A stretch of DNA of 64,000 nt from Tricharina praecox (Eukaryota). Location: positions 310,001 through 374,000 of the forward strand of contig NW_026250413.1 of the NCBI RefSeq assembly GCF_024521635.1, in the 5' to 3' direction. The position numbers were made by a program, and so were the translations under genes. Below are positions 49,001 to 61,990 of this stretch, in pieces. The stretch's first letter is position 1; each line of letters opens with the position of its first letter. Below the pieces are notes generated by a model. It saw only the letters and a program-made list of their open reading frames with translations. It searched no databases and was not told the origin of the DNA.

Positions 49001-52000
49001 CGGAACTCGTCACCATCATGGCATTACCTATTCGTTCCGAATACCTACCCGCCTCATACCTATGCTGATACCGTATGTACAAGAAGAAGAAGCAGAATAA
49101 CAGGAAGAAATCGCCAGGCTCCTCTGCTCGGACTACCTACACAGGTATTCCGGTACGGTACATGCATACATGCTTCCATGGGCCATGATAACTACCGGAC
49201 ACTAATTTGGAGTCGGAGAAATTTCGGCAGAAAGCGCCGCCGCCGCTTGCCCTCCTCCTCCGGGCTCCTCCTCCTGCGAAGCCGATTGTCCAACCAGCAG
49301 GGTGATCTGATCGCCATGGCTGTCGCACAGATGTCAGACGGCCCATCTACATATGATACATATAGTATGTATATGTACAGAATTTGCCTTCATCGCGGGA
49401 CGCATCATCACCAGCATCATCATCAGCATCACCCCACCAACACCACCACCACAACCATCCACCATCAACATCCACCCACGCGCACAAACGACGCATGAGT
49501 CTTTTCGGGGCCAGAGCCGTCACTCTCCACCTGCATCATTGCGGGAGCCCAGGTTCAGATGGAGAGGGAGAGAAAATTCAGACAAAACCCACGATGCACA
49601 CAACTCACCAGTTATCGTGAAGCACGGCAGAAGCAGAAGCAGAAGAAGAAGGAAAAAACTCAAACCACCGCTACGGCGCACCACGAACCGGCACTCTACT
49701 CTAACATGCACGTGCACCACAACCACAAGCACATAAGCACACAAGCAAGGAAGGAAAATAAAAGGAGAAGGCGAGGGAAGAGAAGAAAAAAAGTCTGCGG
49801 ACCAACCAACCCAACGAACCAACGAACCAGCGGACGAGCGAACGAACGAGCGGAAAATACCTGGTTTCTTTTATGTAAAGGCGTCATTATTGCCTGCCTG
49901 CAGAGTCCCCCCGGATTCCTGTGGCGCGAAGGAGGGGGACGATCGTGAACTCGGGAGCAAGGAGGTGAGGGAGAAGAGAGAGAAAGAAAGAGCGAGGTCC
50001 AGCGAAAGAAGCAGCTCCAGCCGCTCTGCAACGACGGAAACATGTCGGCTGTTAAAAGAAGACTCGACACGGTTCGGCAGTACCCGAGTTAGAGACCACG
50101 AGCGGGCCCGCGATCGATCCTGAGTACATACCGGTATGATGTATGATATGTACGACGAGCCAAGACATCCAGTGACTTTCCCTTCAACGATCTCATCGAG
50201 ATTCAAGGAAGCTTCCGCTCGCCTTTCCTCTTCGTTTGCAACTGTCCCGCCCGGGGGCCCAGAGATCTGAGATCCCGACATCTCGCTGACCCGCGGTTGG
50301 GCGCACTTGTTACCAAGCTGATTCCAGAGTAGCTGGCTGGCTCTTCTCGATTTTCCGTAGGGGGGAGTTTCGGCCCCCCCGCCGCTACCAGTAGTTATCC
50401 CCCCTCCATCCTCACCCCACCACATGAGTACTCAGGGCCGAAACTGGCCTCCCGCCCTTCTTTTCTGCACGGAAGCCTTCGAGAAACCGCGGTTATAGAT
50501 GGATACATCTGGTTAGCAGTTTGCAACCCACCGTGACCACAACCGCCACCAACCACCACCACCACCACCACCACCAACCATGAGAGCGGCGGGCCAACGA
50601 CGCCGCAGTGCGTACACGTTCACACGTTCACAGGATCAAGCTTCATGCAGCCAGCACCTGCCTCCAGGCGAGGCGGAGGACGAGGAGGAGGACGTTCTTC
50701 CGTAGCGACGCCCCCCAATGCCCATTCCGGCTGCTCCGCGGAGAAAGTCGAAAGTCGCAAAAAGCCATGCTCGCAGGAATTTCCCTTTGGCAACAACGCC
50801 GTGCAGGGCAGCAGGGCACGCATGACACATATCATACCGGTAGGTACGGTAGGTAGTCTACCGGCCGTATGTCCGCATCTCATCCATCTAGATGTCCGTC
50901 AACTAACGGTAACGGTAGTTACGCTCCCGTGCCTGTTCCTGTGCCTGTGCCTGAAAACTGGGAGGGGGGGCGTTGCACGGCGAGGTCACTCACTCGGCAC
51001 GGTATACCGGTAGTAGGAAGTAGTCATGTATGATACCCGAAAGGAAAGTTAAAAGAATCCCGCAAACGTCTGCGGGCCGGTCCAACGGCCAACGGCCCAA
51101 CGGCCCAACGGGCAGCTTTCTTAAGGCTTAAGCGCGCCTATATACCGGTAATTTATAGCAGCAGAGTACCGACTCCCGACTCCCGAGTCCACAGAGAGTC
51201 GGAGACGCACTGCCGCCCCAGTTACGTACAATCGGTTGGGTGGGGCCCAGAATCCCCCCACCACCCAGGTGCCACGGGAAATTTGCGACACAAGCGTTGT
51301 TTCTTTGAGATGCCAGCAGTTAACCGGGCGTGAACGGTCGGTTTTACTGGTTGGTATGGTAGAGCATCGTGGGCGAGGCATAACCAAGAACGAAGATGTA
51401 TGGTTGAGAAGAGTCCTCCGAAGGAGCGGTAGTAAAACACGGTACTTCACGACCGTCGACCGGTAGAGTAGATAGAGCACAGCTCCGTTCTGTAGATGAG
51501 AATTTGAAGGGCTGTTCCAACTTCCAACTTCCCAACTTCCTTCACGCGGCAAGACTTTTCGGACGGATCGTGTCACTCGCTCGCGGACGGCTTCGAAATT
51601 CGAATCCGGGGCCCATCTGCTGCACGCGAAGAAAAAAAAAGAAAAAAAACTCGCGCATTTAAACAGGACACGCCAGACGTTGATTCGGGCGGATGGTCGG
51701 ACCCGGGACTCGGGAGGCCGCGGGCAGCCGGCCGGGCGGGCCCCCGGATAGGCGGCCGCTAGTGGCCAAAGGCGGTCCACTCCGCCCCCGCCCCGCCCCG
51801 CTCGCCGTCGCCGCCGCCGCCGCTGCCCGCCGCTGCCCGCCGCATCCCGCTGCTCGCGAATTCCCCTACCCACACGTGTCCACTCATCGAGAGGGAAGAT
51901 ATATAAGCATAAATACAGAAACACGTATCGTAACCGTAGGGCTGATATGATCTGGAAGCTCTCGGGATCGTCTGGGTACCTATGATAACTAAGCAGGCAG

Positions 52001-52605
52001 ACCCGATGAGGAAAGAAAAGAAGACAAAAAGGTTCCCATGGAGTCCAGCCTCGGGCGATCCGTCTCGAGTCCCCCCACTCTGGCCGCTACGGATCCGCCT
52101 CGCCGCCCCGGTCGAGCGTCCGGCCTGGGTATATAGCCAGCTTGGGAATGAACGCTATGGTGCGGTACGGTCCTACGGTACGTGCCCGGCGCCCGCTCGA
52201 ACTTGCTGCCCAATCGTTTTGCGGATGGCAGAGAGATGCCCATTTCAAGTTATGCTACATACAAGAAGTCCATTCTAGGTACGGGTATGGTAGGTACATC
52301 CACCGACAATTCCGCATGTATTGTACGTCCGGCCAATCCACAGCAGCAATAAAAAATATTCCCGAAAAAATGAAGAGAAAAACACCACCGGTCCGTAGAT
52401 TTCCAACCGATATGTGGAGAAAGGAAAGGCAAACAGGAAGATAAAACATCTACATCATAAAGTACTTCTCATATTCAAGTACTTGTCTAGGTGACAATAG
52501 CACCGATTACCGAGAAAAGAAAAGATGAAGAAAAAAAAAAGTCCCCGCTAAGATATATCCATCCAATAGCCATATCCGCTCCCATAGAGAATCCCCCCCT
52601 TGTCC

Positions 52606-54453
52606 TCATTCAACGTAATCCTCATCCGATGAATCATTCACTCCTTCATTCCTTGCCGCCGCTCTAGAAGCAGACGACCCGGCCGCATTCCCCCTGCGCC
52701 CCGAACCGTGCCGTTGTCCCCTTCCTCGACCTCCACCTCTACCACGTCCACTCCTCGCCCCAGCGGTGCGAGGCCGCGGCCACGCAACCGCGCGGCCTTC
52801 GAGAAAGTCGCCCTCGTCGAATTGCGTCTCCGTCGGGCGGGCATTGTCCATCTTAATGTCGACACGATCCGGTTCGCAGAACCCATGGAGCTTCTGGTCT
52901 GCATCTTCTCCCGCCTTTTCTGCATCTTTCTGCGGGGTGGTCTTCGGAGACTGGGCGGTACCGGCACCACGTACGCGTTTGCTTCTTCGCAGCTTGGAAT
53001 CCACGTCGGAAGACTCCTTCGGGGGTGATGGAGACGCGAGCCGGAAGATTGGCTGTGGTTGGGACGAGGGCCGGACGAACGCGCGGATAAGCTGAGGCTC
53101 GTATTTGTCGCGCACGTTGGCACGTTCTCTCCATCCGAGGTCGTCGAGGATGCAGTGCAGCGAAAACTCTCGCATCCGGGGCAGATTCGGCGCCGCCGCT
53201 AGAAGGCCATCGAGGAAGGCTTCGACTTCGTCGGCATTCCACTTACGCAGGTTCAGCAATTTCAAGGAGCATAGAGAGTCGGGCCACACGGCCTCTGTGG
53301 AGATCGGCAGAAGACTGTCGTAACCAGGCTTCGCATCGTCGCCATTTCCAGAGGCAAAGTACCGGCAGTCATAGCTGAGCTGTCGCAATCGAGGAGTGTT
53401 GGAGAGGGTAGGCAGAAATGCGAGGTTGCACATGCGACAGTGAACGATCGTGAGCGACTCAAGGCCAGCACATATCGGAGAGAGCAGGAGAGGCATGAGA
53501 GCATCGGATTCGAGGGTTCGACAGTTGATGAAGCTCAGCGATTTCAACCGAAAGTTCGACATCTGGATGGGTAGCTGCGACAAGGCCTGTGGTGTAAAAT
53601 CACAGCATTCGAGCTCGATCTCCTCGACCGCCGGTAGCACGCCCAACGCCGAAACAAAGTCAAATCCAGGGTCCCACATGTAGATGACAGACAACCGCTT
53701 CAGGGTCTGGAAAGACGGCAGCAGGTGAATTCGGGTGACGGATTGTACGGTCCAACCGGCTAGAAAAAGGCCATTCCACCGCCAACTCGATAACCGTATG
53801 GGCGCCACCTTCTGCAGAGCATTCCCTCCACCTTCCACTATTGCGTCTTCCTTCGGCGTACCCGGCGCGCCTTGTAGTACATCGAATAGTGCATCAGGGT
53901 ACTTGAATGTTGGAAGTCTGATGTCGTTGTATCGATACGGAGGACGGTCCAAGTAATGTGCCAACCAAAGTTCCCGGAGGCCTGTGCATTTACTCACGAG
54001 CTCTGCTAAATCGAAGTGACCGTATCCAGGTGTCATCAATCGCAGCAGTGGGTCCACTTCCAAATACAAGTATTTGACCTTCCGTCCCAACTCTGGCCGC
54101 CTCTGCAGGGCTTGCTGCAGTTGGTGCGCGCGTATTGGTGGTTCCGTGAGCGGCATGCGGTACAGCGCGGTGATTGCGGGTTCGTAGAAGCCCTTGCACA
54201 TTGTTGCCAGCTTCAGGAGATACCCACTGTTGCTAGTCGAGCCCCGTTGGGCAGCATACAGGAATATCTCCAGCAGAACGTGGTATGGGAGTTCTGCCAA
54301 GTCTCGCTTTCGAGGTCTACGAGAGCTAGAGCTTCCGGAAACGGACGTGCTGGTGGCGGCTGTAGCGGGAGGTTTTCGAGAACGTTTCGCCTGAGGTATT
54401 GAGCTCGACTCGGGAGTTGAAGGAGCTTTGCGCTTTCCGCGGAGAGTCTTCAT
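52606..54453 (-). CDS. F-box-like / leucine-rich (RNI-like) protein with basic and RG-rich termini; start most likely at 54453 (ORF open to 54555)
   Basis: Long uninterrupted ORF; LAELPYHVLLEIFLYAA is F-box-like; repeated LxxLxL segments. Confidence 0.75.
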   Translation of the reverse strand: MKTLRGKRKAPSTPESSSIPQAKRSRKPPATAATSTSVSGSSSSRRPRKRDLAELPYHVLLEIFLYAAQRGSTSNSGYLLKLATMCKGFYEPAITALYRMPLTEPPIRAHQLQQALQRRPELGRKVKYLYLEVDPLLRLMTPGYGHFDLAELVSKCTGLRELWLAHYLDRPPYRYNDIRLPTFKYPDALFDVLQGAPGTPKEDAIVEGGGNALQKVAPIRLSSWRWNGLFLAGWTVQSVTRIHLLPSFQTLKRLSVIYMWDPGFDFVSALGVLPAVEEIELECCDFTPQALSQLPIQMSNFRLKSLSFINCRTLESDALMPLLLSPICAGLESLTIVHCRMCNLAFLPTLSNTPRLRQLSYDCRYFASGNGDDAKPGYDSLLPISTEAVWPDSLCSLKLLNLRKWNADEVEAFLDGLLAAAPNLPRMREFSLHCILDDLGWRERANVRDKYEPQLIRAFVRPSSQPQPIFRLASPSPPKESSDVDSKLRRSKRVRGAGTAQSPKTTPQKDAEKAGEDADQKLHGFCEPDRVDIKMDNARPTETQFDEGDFLEGRAVAWPRPRTAGARSGRGRGGGRGRGQRHGSGRRGNAAGSSASRAAARNEGVNDSSDEDYVE

Positions 54454-56112
54454 GCTTGGTTGTGTTGGTCTCGTTGTTGTTGTTGTAGTGAAAGGAAAGG
54501 CTGATCTGTTTAAAGTATGTTTTTGAGGATCGGATGTGGAATGTCTGTCACACATCGATTACTAAATTTCATATCAACTAAACCTGCTTTGCCACACACC
54601 AGAAGCGACGATACTTTGAATGGATAAACAAAGCCAAAAGAATTCTCAGATCATCTAGCGAAATCTGAATGACGGTGAATAGCTCCCAGAAGCTCTAGAT
54701 ATGCATCATGTGATTTATGTGCATCGAGGCTTGGCATTTTCCGTGTGATATCGTGTGATTATCGTGGCTACCTCAATTACTTCGCTGACTATATTCGTTT
54801 ACAGAAAACTTTCCTCATGGAGATTCTTAAGATTGGTTTAATTGCAGTATAGAACAATGTTCCCGTTGTTAAATAAGGAAAACTGGCCTTCCGGTTTATC
54901 GAATGCTGCAGTTCATAATTCTTTTGCTATCTCTACTCAACATTCACCTACATGTACTCAGGATATCTCTGTGATAAAAGTCAGCAAGACGACCGAAATG
55001 TCCCCTCAGCAAACCAACAGTTCTCTCAGTCGCGCCGGCGTGAATCCGACAGATTCAAGGTTCCAATCACCGCCCCTTTAGCGGCGATTTTCCACCGGCG
55101 GGCATAGGCCAGCCTAGTAAACTCCAGCGGCGTCCACGGTCTAGTCTAAGGAGGCGGAGATAGCCACGACGTCGGCGACTATAAATCCGGAGTACGCACT
55201 AGCTATCGAGGAAGGGATAGCGCGTGTGGGCATCATGCACTGAAGTCGAGATAAGGTGAGGCAGGGATCGGATTGGTGAGGGATGGGAATCAATGGCGTG
55301 GCTCGGGACTCGGGGAACTCCTGATGTGTAGCGATCCGAAGAATCTTGTTTAAATGCGTGCCGTACCCCACACCCGCCCAAGGATGGAAGGATGGAAGGA
55401 TGGGCACAGAAACTTGATGTGTGCTAGCTTCGTCATAACTTCGCATTCGGATCTTTGAGGTCGCCGTTGTGGTTGCCCAGTTTCTTGGCCTTTTGAATCG
55501 TCGCGATCCATATGGCTTCGGCTTCCTCAATAGGAATTTGAATCCAAGCGAGAACTAAGTGGCCATCGCGTATCCCATGACAGAGCTGGACTTTCCTCAC
55601 CTCCTGATAAGGTTATTTTAAGTGCCTTGTCCACCATCTTAAGGCTTGGATTCCAGCTTGGGTTCCTCGGCTTCATCGTATCTCATCACTCGTTCTTTTC
55701 CCCAGCTTCGTGCCAATGTAGCCAAGTCTCCTTGGTCTTTGAGGCAGTCAATTCCGGTCTGCACTTGTAATAAACAGCTGTATCCATGTCTCCCCGTCTT
55801 ATGACCACGGTATTCATTTTGGACATCTCTGATAGCCCTATCACTAGGTTCTCAGCTGATAGTGATTGCCCTAAACAGTTTTAAAGAGTTTGACACCTGT
55901 TCCTCCATCGGTGACACGAACATGGTGATCTCGCTCTGGTGTTTAGTCGAGTTGTGCACTTCCCCACGGAACAAGCCACGCTAGCAAGCTCCGGGTCTGT
56001 GTAACGTGCGATCCAAACCTTGGATGACTCCAACGCCAATCTAGTGGCGCACGCCTCACCTTCAAAGCAAGATCCGGATTTCGCACGATGGTCCACCTCC
56101 ACAACCATCACC

Positions 56113-57239
56113 ATGGCATCTACACCGCCCGCGAAAGCTCCCCTCTCTGCGAAGACCATACGACGGATTGTTCGTCAACCCGCACCGGTCTGCGTCGCTA
56201 GTTAGCTAGCTAGGCTGACAGCTCCGCGTAGGAAGAGAACCGGCTGAAGGCGAAAGCTATTCGCGATGCAAAACAGCGTGGCGAGAACGTCGGTACAGCT
56301 ACAGTCGCCGCGACAGAATCCGCGCCTCAGGGCAATGACAAGAAACGCCCGCACTCCGCCGTTTCCGCGACTTCACGAAAGGGTGGCGAAGGCCGCGAGA
56401 CCCTCCGTCCAATGAAGAAATTCACGAAATTCGTCGAGTATGATCTGTCAAAAATGACGGATACGAAGGGCGGGTTTATGAGCACGGATGACGACCCGCA
56501 CTCTGTTCTCTCTGCCGAGAATCTGAGCGACAAGCCGCCGGGAATGACGCTGGAGGAGTGGGCGAGGCATCAGAAGCGGAAGAAGCTGTTGAAAGAGAAG
56601 CAGGGCGCGTTTGCGCCGGCGATCTCGGCGTTGGATGAACCGGATGAGAATAAGGCTTGCTGGGAGTGTAAAGCTCCGGAGATTGATTGGAAGTGGAAGG
56701 AAACGTTTGGGTGTCGTGTCTGTGAGAAGTGCAAGAAGGACAATCCGGAGAAGTACTCCCTTCTGACGAAGACGGAGGCGAGGGAGGATTACATGTTGAC
56801 TGATCGTAAGTGCTGTCGATGTGGTCGTGCGCGGGAATGTGCTGACGATGGTACAGCTGAACTGAGAGATCAGGAGGTCATGCCCCATCTCGAAGAGCCA
56901 AACCCTCACAAATCGACATGGAGCAACATGATGCTATACCTCAAGTACCAGGTCGAGGAGTTCGCCTTGAAGAAGTGGGGTAGTTTCGAAGCCATGGATG
57001 CCGAATTCGAGAAGAGAACGGCGGATAAGAAGAAGAGGGGCGAGAAGAAGTTCATGACGAAATTACGAGAGCTGAAGAAACGTACACGGGTCGAAACTTG
57101 GAAGCGTGATAGGCAACATGGAGGCAGGGCAGCGAAGCACGAGCATGTTTGGGGTGCCGCCGTGGTGAAGGAAGACACTGGGGAAACGGTCAAGACTTGT
57201 GAGGATTGCGGGTTCGAGCTTGAGGAGTGGGTGATTTAA
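56113..57239 (+). CDS. RAD14: Nucleotide excision repair protein Rad14/XPA; introns 56170-56231 and 56806-56856
   Basis: RRIEENRLKAKA, FVEYDLSKMTDTKGGF, CxxC...CxxC zinc finger, KYSLLTKTEAREDYMLTDPEL, NPHKSTWSNMMLYLKYQVEEFA. Confidence 0.96.
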
Positions 57240-58004
57240 GCTTTTGCCTTTAGACTCGCCAAGAGAACGTTGTCCCTTGTGTTTCATGGCGTTTACTAGT
57301 AGAAGAGTGTATTATAGAACTAGAAGCCTGGCATCATAATGAGAAGAATCGAAGGTCCTGCATTTTGCCGCATTCTTTTCTTCAACTCCTGCCGAGATAA
57401 AGCACTTGCGCCAAAGAGCAAACGGCAGAAGTTCTCTTGAGCCATGACCAGTACAGGTAATTGGGATAGGCCACATTGCAGATTTTCTGCTGCCGCAGAG
57501 AATATTCACCTCAGGGACGCCGTAAGATTGGTCACTTGAGCGGTCCACCGCCCCCCATCCAACCACCCAGTGCAAACAACCTTTCGACACCTCAAATTAA
57601 CGCGGCCGAGTCAGCTCAGGTCGGATCGCGTTTAAAATCGTAGTCCTGCGCCCTGTGTTGGGCTCTTCCCTGGTGCGCTTTAAGCCATTGCCCGGCGAGA
57701 ACTATTGTCTCGCTTAGAGCGCCAATCTGGGGTCAGGGGAAATTTGTCAACTCCTTTCCAAGAACGCAGCGCAACGCACGAACCACCACCCACCACCACC
57801 TCCGACTTTCCAAGACATCGCTCGAAACACATATACACTACAAAGCCCCCAATCTTCAAACGACTCACCACCACCGACAGCGCTATCCCTACCCACCGAA
57901 CCCTCACCACCGGCGAACCCATCGGCAAATAGCGGCGATCACGTCGGAAGCTCCCTCCCTCGATTTCGGCATCAAGCGGTGGTTGCAGCAGCTTCTGAGA
58001 TAGT

Positions 58005-60632
58005 ATGGTCTGGCAATCTCCATCCAACCACAACACGGCTTCCCCGGATGGATCGAACAACGGCGGCGGAAACCCGCAGCAGCAGCATGGCCACGGCAAC
58101 GGGGGCGGACCCATAGGAGCGGAGTACACACTCCAAGGTTTGCGCCCGCTTTCTTTTTCTTTCCATCCCCGCGGTGTCGAAAATCCATCGGGGGAGACGG
58201 AGGAACTGCGCTGACAAGTGGATCTCGCAAGGGGTGATGCGGTTCCTGCAGACCGAATGGCACAAACATGAACGCGACCGGAATCGTTGGGAGATCGAGC
58301 GGGCGGAGATGAAGGCTCGGATTGCGAAGCTGGAGGGAGAAAACCGCGCCGAAAAACGACTACACCAGGTGCACCTGGCCCGGATCAAAATTCTAGAGAG
58401 GGCGCTTAAGAAAGAGAGGGCAGAAAGGGCCATGGGGGAGGGGAGAAACGCAGACGACGTCATCAAAGATGAGACAGCGCAGGCCGAGAAGGATAAGGCG
58501 AGGGGTATGTCCACCAGCTGGAGGGTCGACGACGACAGATAACTGACCTTCTCTTCCGGGGCGGTAGTGGCGGAAAAGCTCAAACGCCTAGATGAAACCT
58601 CATCGGTGTACAAAGCAGAGGCGGCGCGAAACAAGAGTCGAGCGTACCTCGAGAAGTGCCTTCAAGAGATCACCTATCTGTTGAAGCCACCGAGCCATCC
58701 TGCTCCGGCGCAGCAGCCACAGCCACAACAGCAGGTTATGAGTGCCGAAGCCATGTCTCATCAGCAGCAAGCACAGTTCGCCCTGATCCAGCAGCAGCAG
58801 GCCCAACAGCACGCGAACCTCCAGCAGCACTTGCAGCACCCCTCACCTTCCCCGAACCACCAGCCGCCTCCCCCGCCGTCGCAGTCCAATCGCGAAACAG
58901 CACAATCTCACCCGATGCGCTCTCAAGGCGGCGCCCCTAGTCATATGCCCAACGCATCTCCATACTTGGATGATCGTCCCCAGGCAGCGCAACAGCACAT
59001 CCCCTCCGGTGATGCGGGCGAGAAGACACAAGCCGGGTATTCATCTATAAAGCACGAATATGGAAAGAAGGAGACCAACCCGTTTTCGGCGGCGGCCGGT
59101 ATCGAAGTGGCCATGAGGCGCCGGGAAACCCAAGAGACCGCCGACGATGCGGGGTGGGATTTCGATGACAAGATAGGAAGCAGTAGCGACACCGATTCAG
59201 TATCCTCTTCCGAAGAACTCAATGAGTATGGGAATCATAGCGGTCGGAATAACATCGACTCACACCGGAGGAAATCGCTTTCCAAAAGACGATCCATCGT
59301 CGGACAGGATTTCTCTGTGGGTTCGACAAAGCCGGATTCAAACTTCAAGGTGAAGTTTGCGCTTCGGGGTCATCTGGATGTTGTGCGGGCAGTTGTATTC
59401 ACGGGTGGGGGGACGGTAAACGAACCTGAGATTTGCACGGCTGGTGATGACGGCGTACTCAAGCGGTGGTACATTCCCGGCAGCTATGGACTTTCTATGA
59501 GTGGTTCGTTGGATGTGGATGTGACAAGCCATTTCACCCATCGCGGACATGCCGGAATAGTCACCTGTCTAGCAGCATGTCCGGCAAGCAACGGCGATGG
59601 GGTTGGAGGTAGTGGTTGGGTCTTTTCGGGAGGACAGGATTCAACTGTGAAGGTTTGGGAAGCCGGAAGGGTGGACCCAGTGGCCACACTGGTGGGACAT
59701 ACCGACGCGGTTTGGGCGGTGTGTGTCCTGCCATCGGCCTCCGCCATCCTCGGCTCACCAGACGAACGCGTGCTTCTCGCCTCCGGATCGGCGGACGGAA
59801 CTGTCAAGATCTGGAGTGTTACATCTCCTCCCGCTCCCCCGCGACGGCCTTCATCTTCCGCATCGAATTCGAGCACAGGAAGCCTCCGCTCATTCAGCAC
59901 ATTCAACAACAACCCCGCAACATCGGCATTCGACTATTCGCTGATCTCCACCATTAAAAGACCAACCAATGCTGAGAAACCGGATGTCATTGCGTCTCCC
60001 ACCTGCATCATACCCATGAGTGTCACGGGCGATACCTTTATCGTATCGTACAATGACGCCAGCGTCATCATCTACGACACCGCATCATGCGAGGAGGTGG
60101 TGTCTATGGCATCACAGGAAACCTACGACGGCACGCCTGCGACTGGGGTCTCCTCTGTCGTCGCCACAACTATGAGTCTCGAATCCGGCGCTGAACCCGG
60201 AAAAGAAGAGGACATACTCGTGGCAGGCGCTACGGGTCAAGCGGGTGGCGTTGGCGGAGTGGTTATCTCCGGCCACGAAGATCAATATGTGCGCATCTTT
60301 GATGCCAATAGTGGTGAGTCACGAATACTTCTAGCTAGCTTAAAACGATTTGCTGATTTGTGATGATTGCAGGTCAATGTACATACACGATGCTGGCACA
60401 CCCCGCTGCGATTTCGAGTCTCGCTCTCAGTCCTGATGGCCGCGAGTTGGTTAGCGCCGGCCACGATGCGAGCCTTAGATTCTGGAGCATGGAGAAACGA
60501 TCATGCACACAGGACCTCACGCCTCACAGGCTCATGCGCGGCGAAGGTGTCTGCACAGTTGTTTGGAGTGCCGACGGCAAGTGGGTTGTGAGTGGAGGTG
60601 GCGATGGTGTGGTCAAAGTGTATTGTAGGTAG
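58005..60632 (+). CDS. pro11: Striatin (STRIPAK scaffold; PRO11/HAM-3/StrA orthologue); introns approx. 58138-58231, 58505-58567, 60314-60372
   Basis: [42 protein letters not shown] striatin N-terminus; [18 protein letters not shown]40 repeats starting at [11 protein letters not shown]. Confidence 0.95.
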
Positions 60633-61990
60633 AAGAAGACGCTTGCGTAGAGTGGAGGGAAACCCATGGGATAGCATCGGTTCTGATTTCATTTCTTCAC
60701 TCTCCTCTTTTGTCTTTCTTCCCATTGACTTTAGCTTCTTCTTTCCTTTCTCCTTCCCCCCCGCCTTCTCTTTCCTTCCTTGGGGGGAGGGATTTTTGTG
60801 AATCTCCGATCTGCGTCTGGTTTGGTTTGGGTAACGGGGTTTCTGCTGTCTTTTGAGTATACGTTGTGGTATGGTGTGATGTCATGGGCTTATTGTTTAT
60901 TCCCTTCTATTGATGAGCGTTTGGGTTGGGCGGTTGGATTGGGATTGGCGGCGTGGAGTCGGCACGAGGCGGAGCATCAATGAAATTTCGATTTTCGTGG
61001 TGATTTTACCTGTCGAGTGATATCACATGCATTATTATTTGCATCGTCTATGAAATACGATGGGGTGATCTGACATGGTTCGGATGGTGTTGCCGATAGC
61101 GATCGGAAAATATTTACATGATTCAAATCACGGCGAATGCGTAGAGTAATGAGCGACGTGGTGTTAAACCTCGTTCAGATGAGATGAGATTAGATAACCG
61201 CTAGGACTCGATGCAACATCGCAGTATAAGCGAGGAGACATACCATTCGAGGCGGCTCAAAGACGCTTTTGATGCTGAAGATTTGATAAAGACTTCCTTT
61301 ACAACGAATCCGTGAAGATTGTTGTCTGCCGGTGGCCTCTGTCGAGGTCGCTGTCTGCACAGGTGTCCTTTTCTCTTCAGAGTTGAGTCAGACGCGATGG
61401 TTATTCGAACCTCGAGTTCGTTGCAGCAATCACGGACTCTGTCCTTCGGATGAATAAAAGAACATACCGGAAAGACACAACAAAGGGAGCATAGACTCGT
61501 ACAGTGCTGGCATATCGAGTTCTTGCAGCACCTACATGTTCTAAAAGCGTGACATGCAACAAGCCTTTCGTGGCGCTAGGTAGAGTGGCTAGAACGGTTG
61601 CTTCGCACTCTGGCCCTCGTCTCCCCGACTGCCGCAACGCATTGCATCACACCGCGGCCGATCCTAAACCTTCAGACACAATCACCACCACCGCCGCCCC
61701 TCCCCGCATCTGGCGGAGCTTTGCCACGGTTTTCCGCTTGACTACTCATCACGCCCAGCAGACTCGATCGCCCGCCACACAATCCCCCACCCCGGGTTCT
61801 CCACCGCACATTCATTGTAAAAAGGATCCGGCCCGTTTGATACCCAGCCCCGCGTCACTGCCGACCTGCAGGCTTTCATCGTCCTTTCACTGCCCACAAG
61901 GGACGGCCCTCCGCGCTTCTACCAAACTCTCCCCGCTCGCTCACCTTCATATCTATCCTCCACGCACCTTTTCACAACCACCAGACGAAA

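Noticed and set aside
55141-55850. Possible decayed minus-strand gene between the F-box-like gene and RAD14
   Set aside because: Short protein-like stretches with stops and no family I can recognise; BLASTX would decide.
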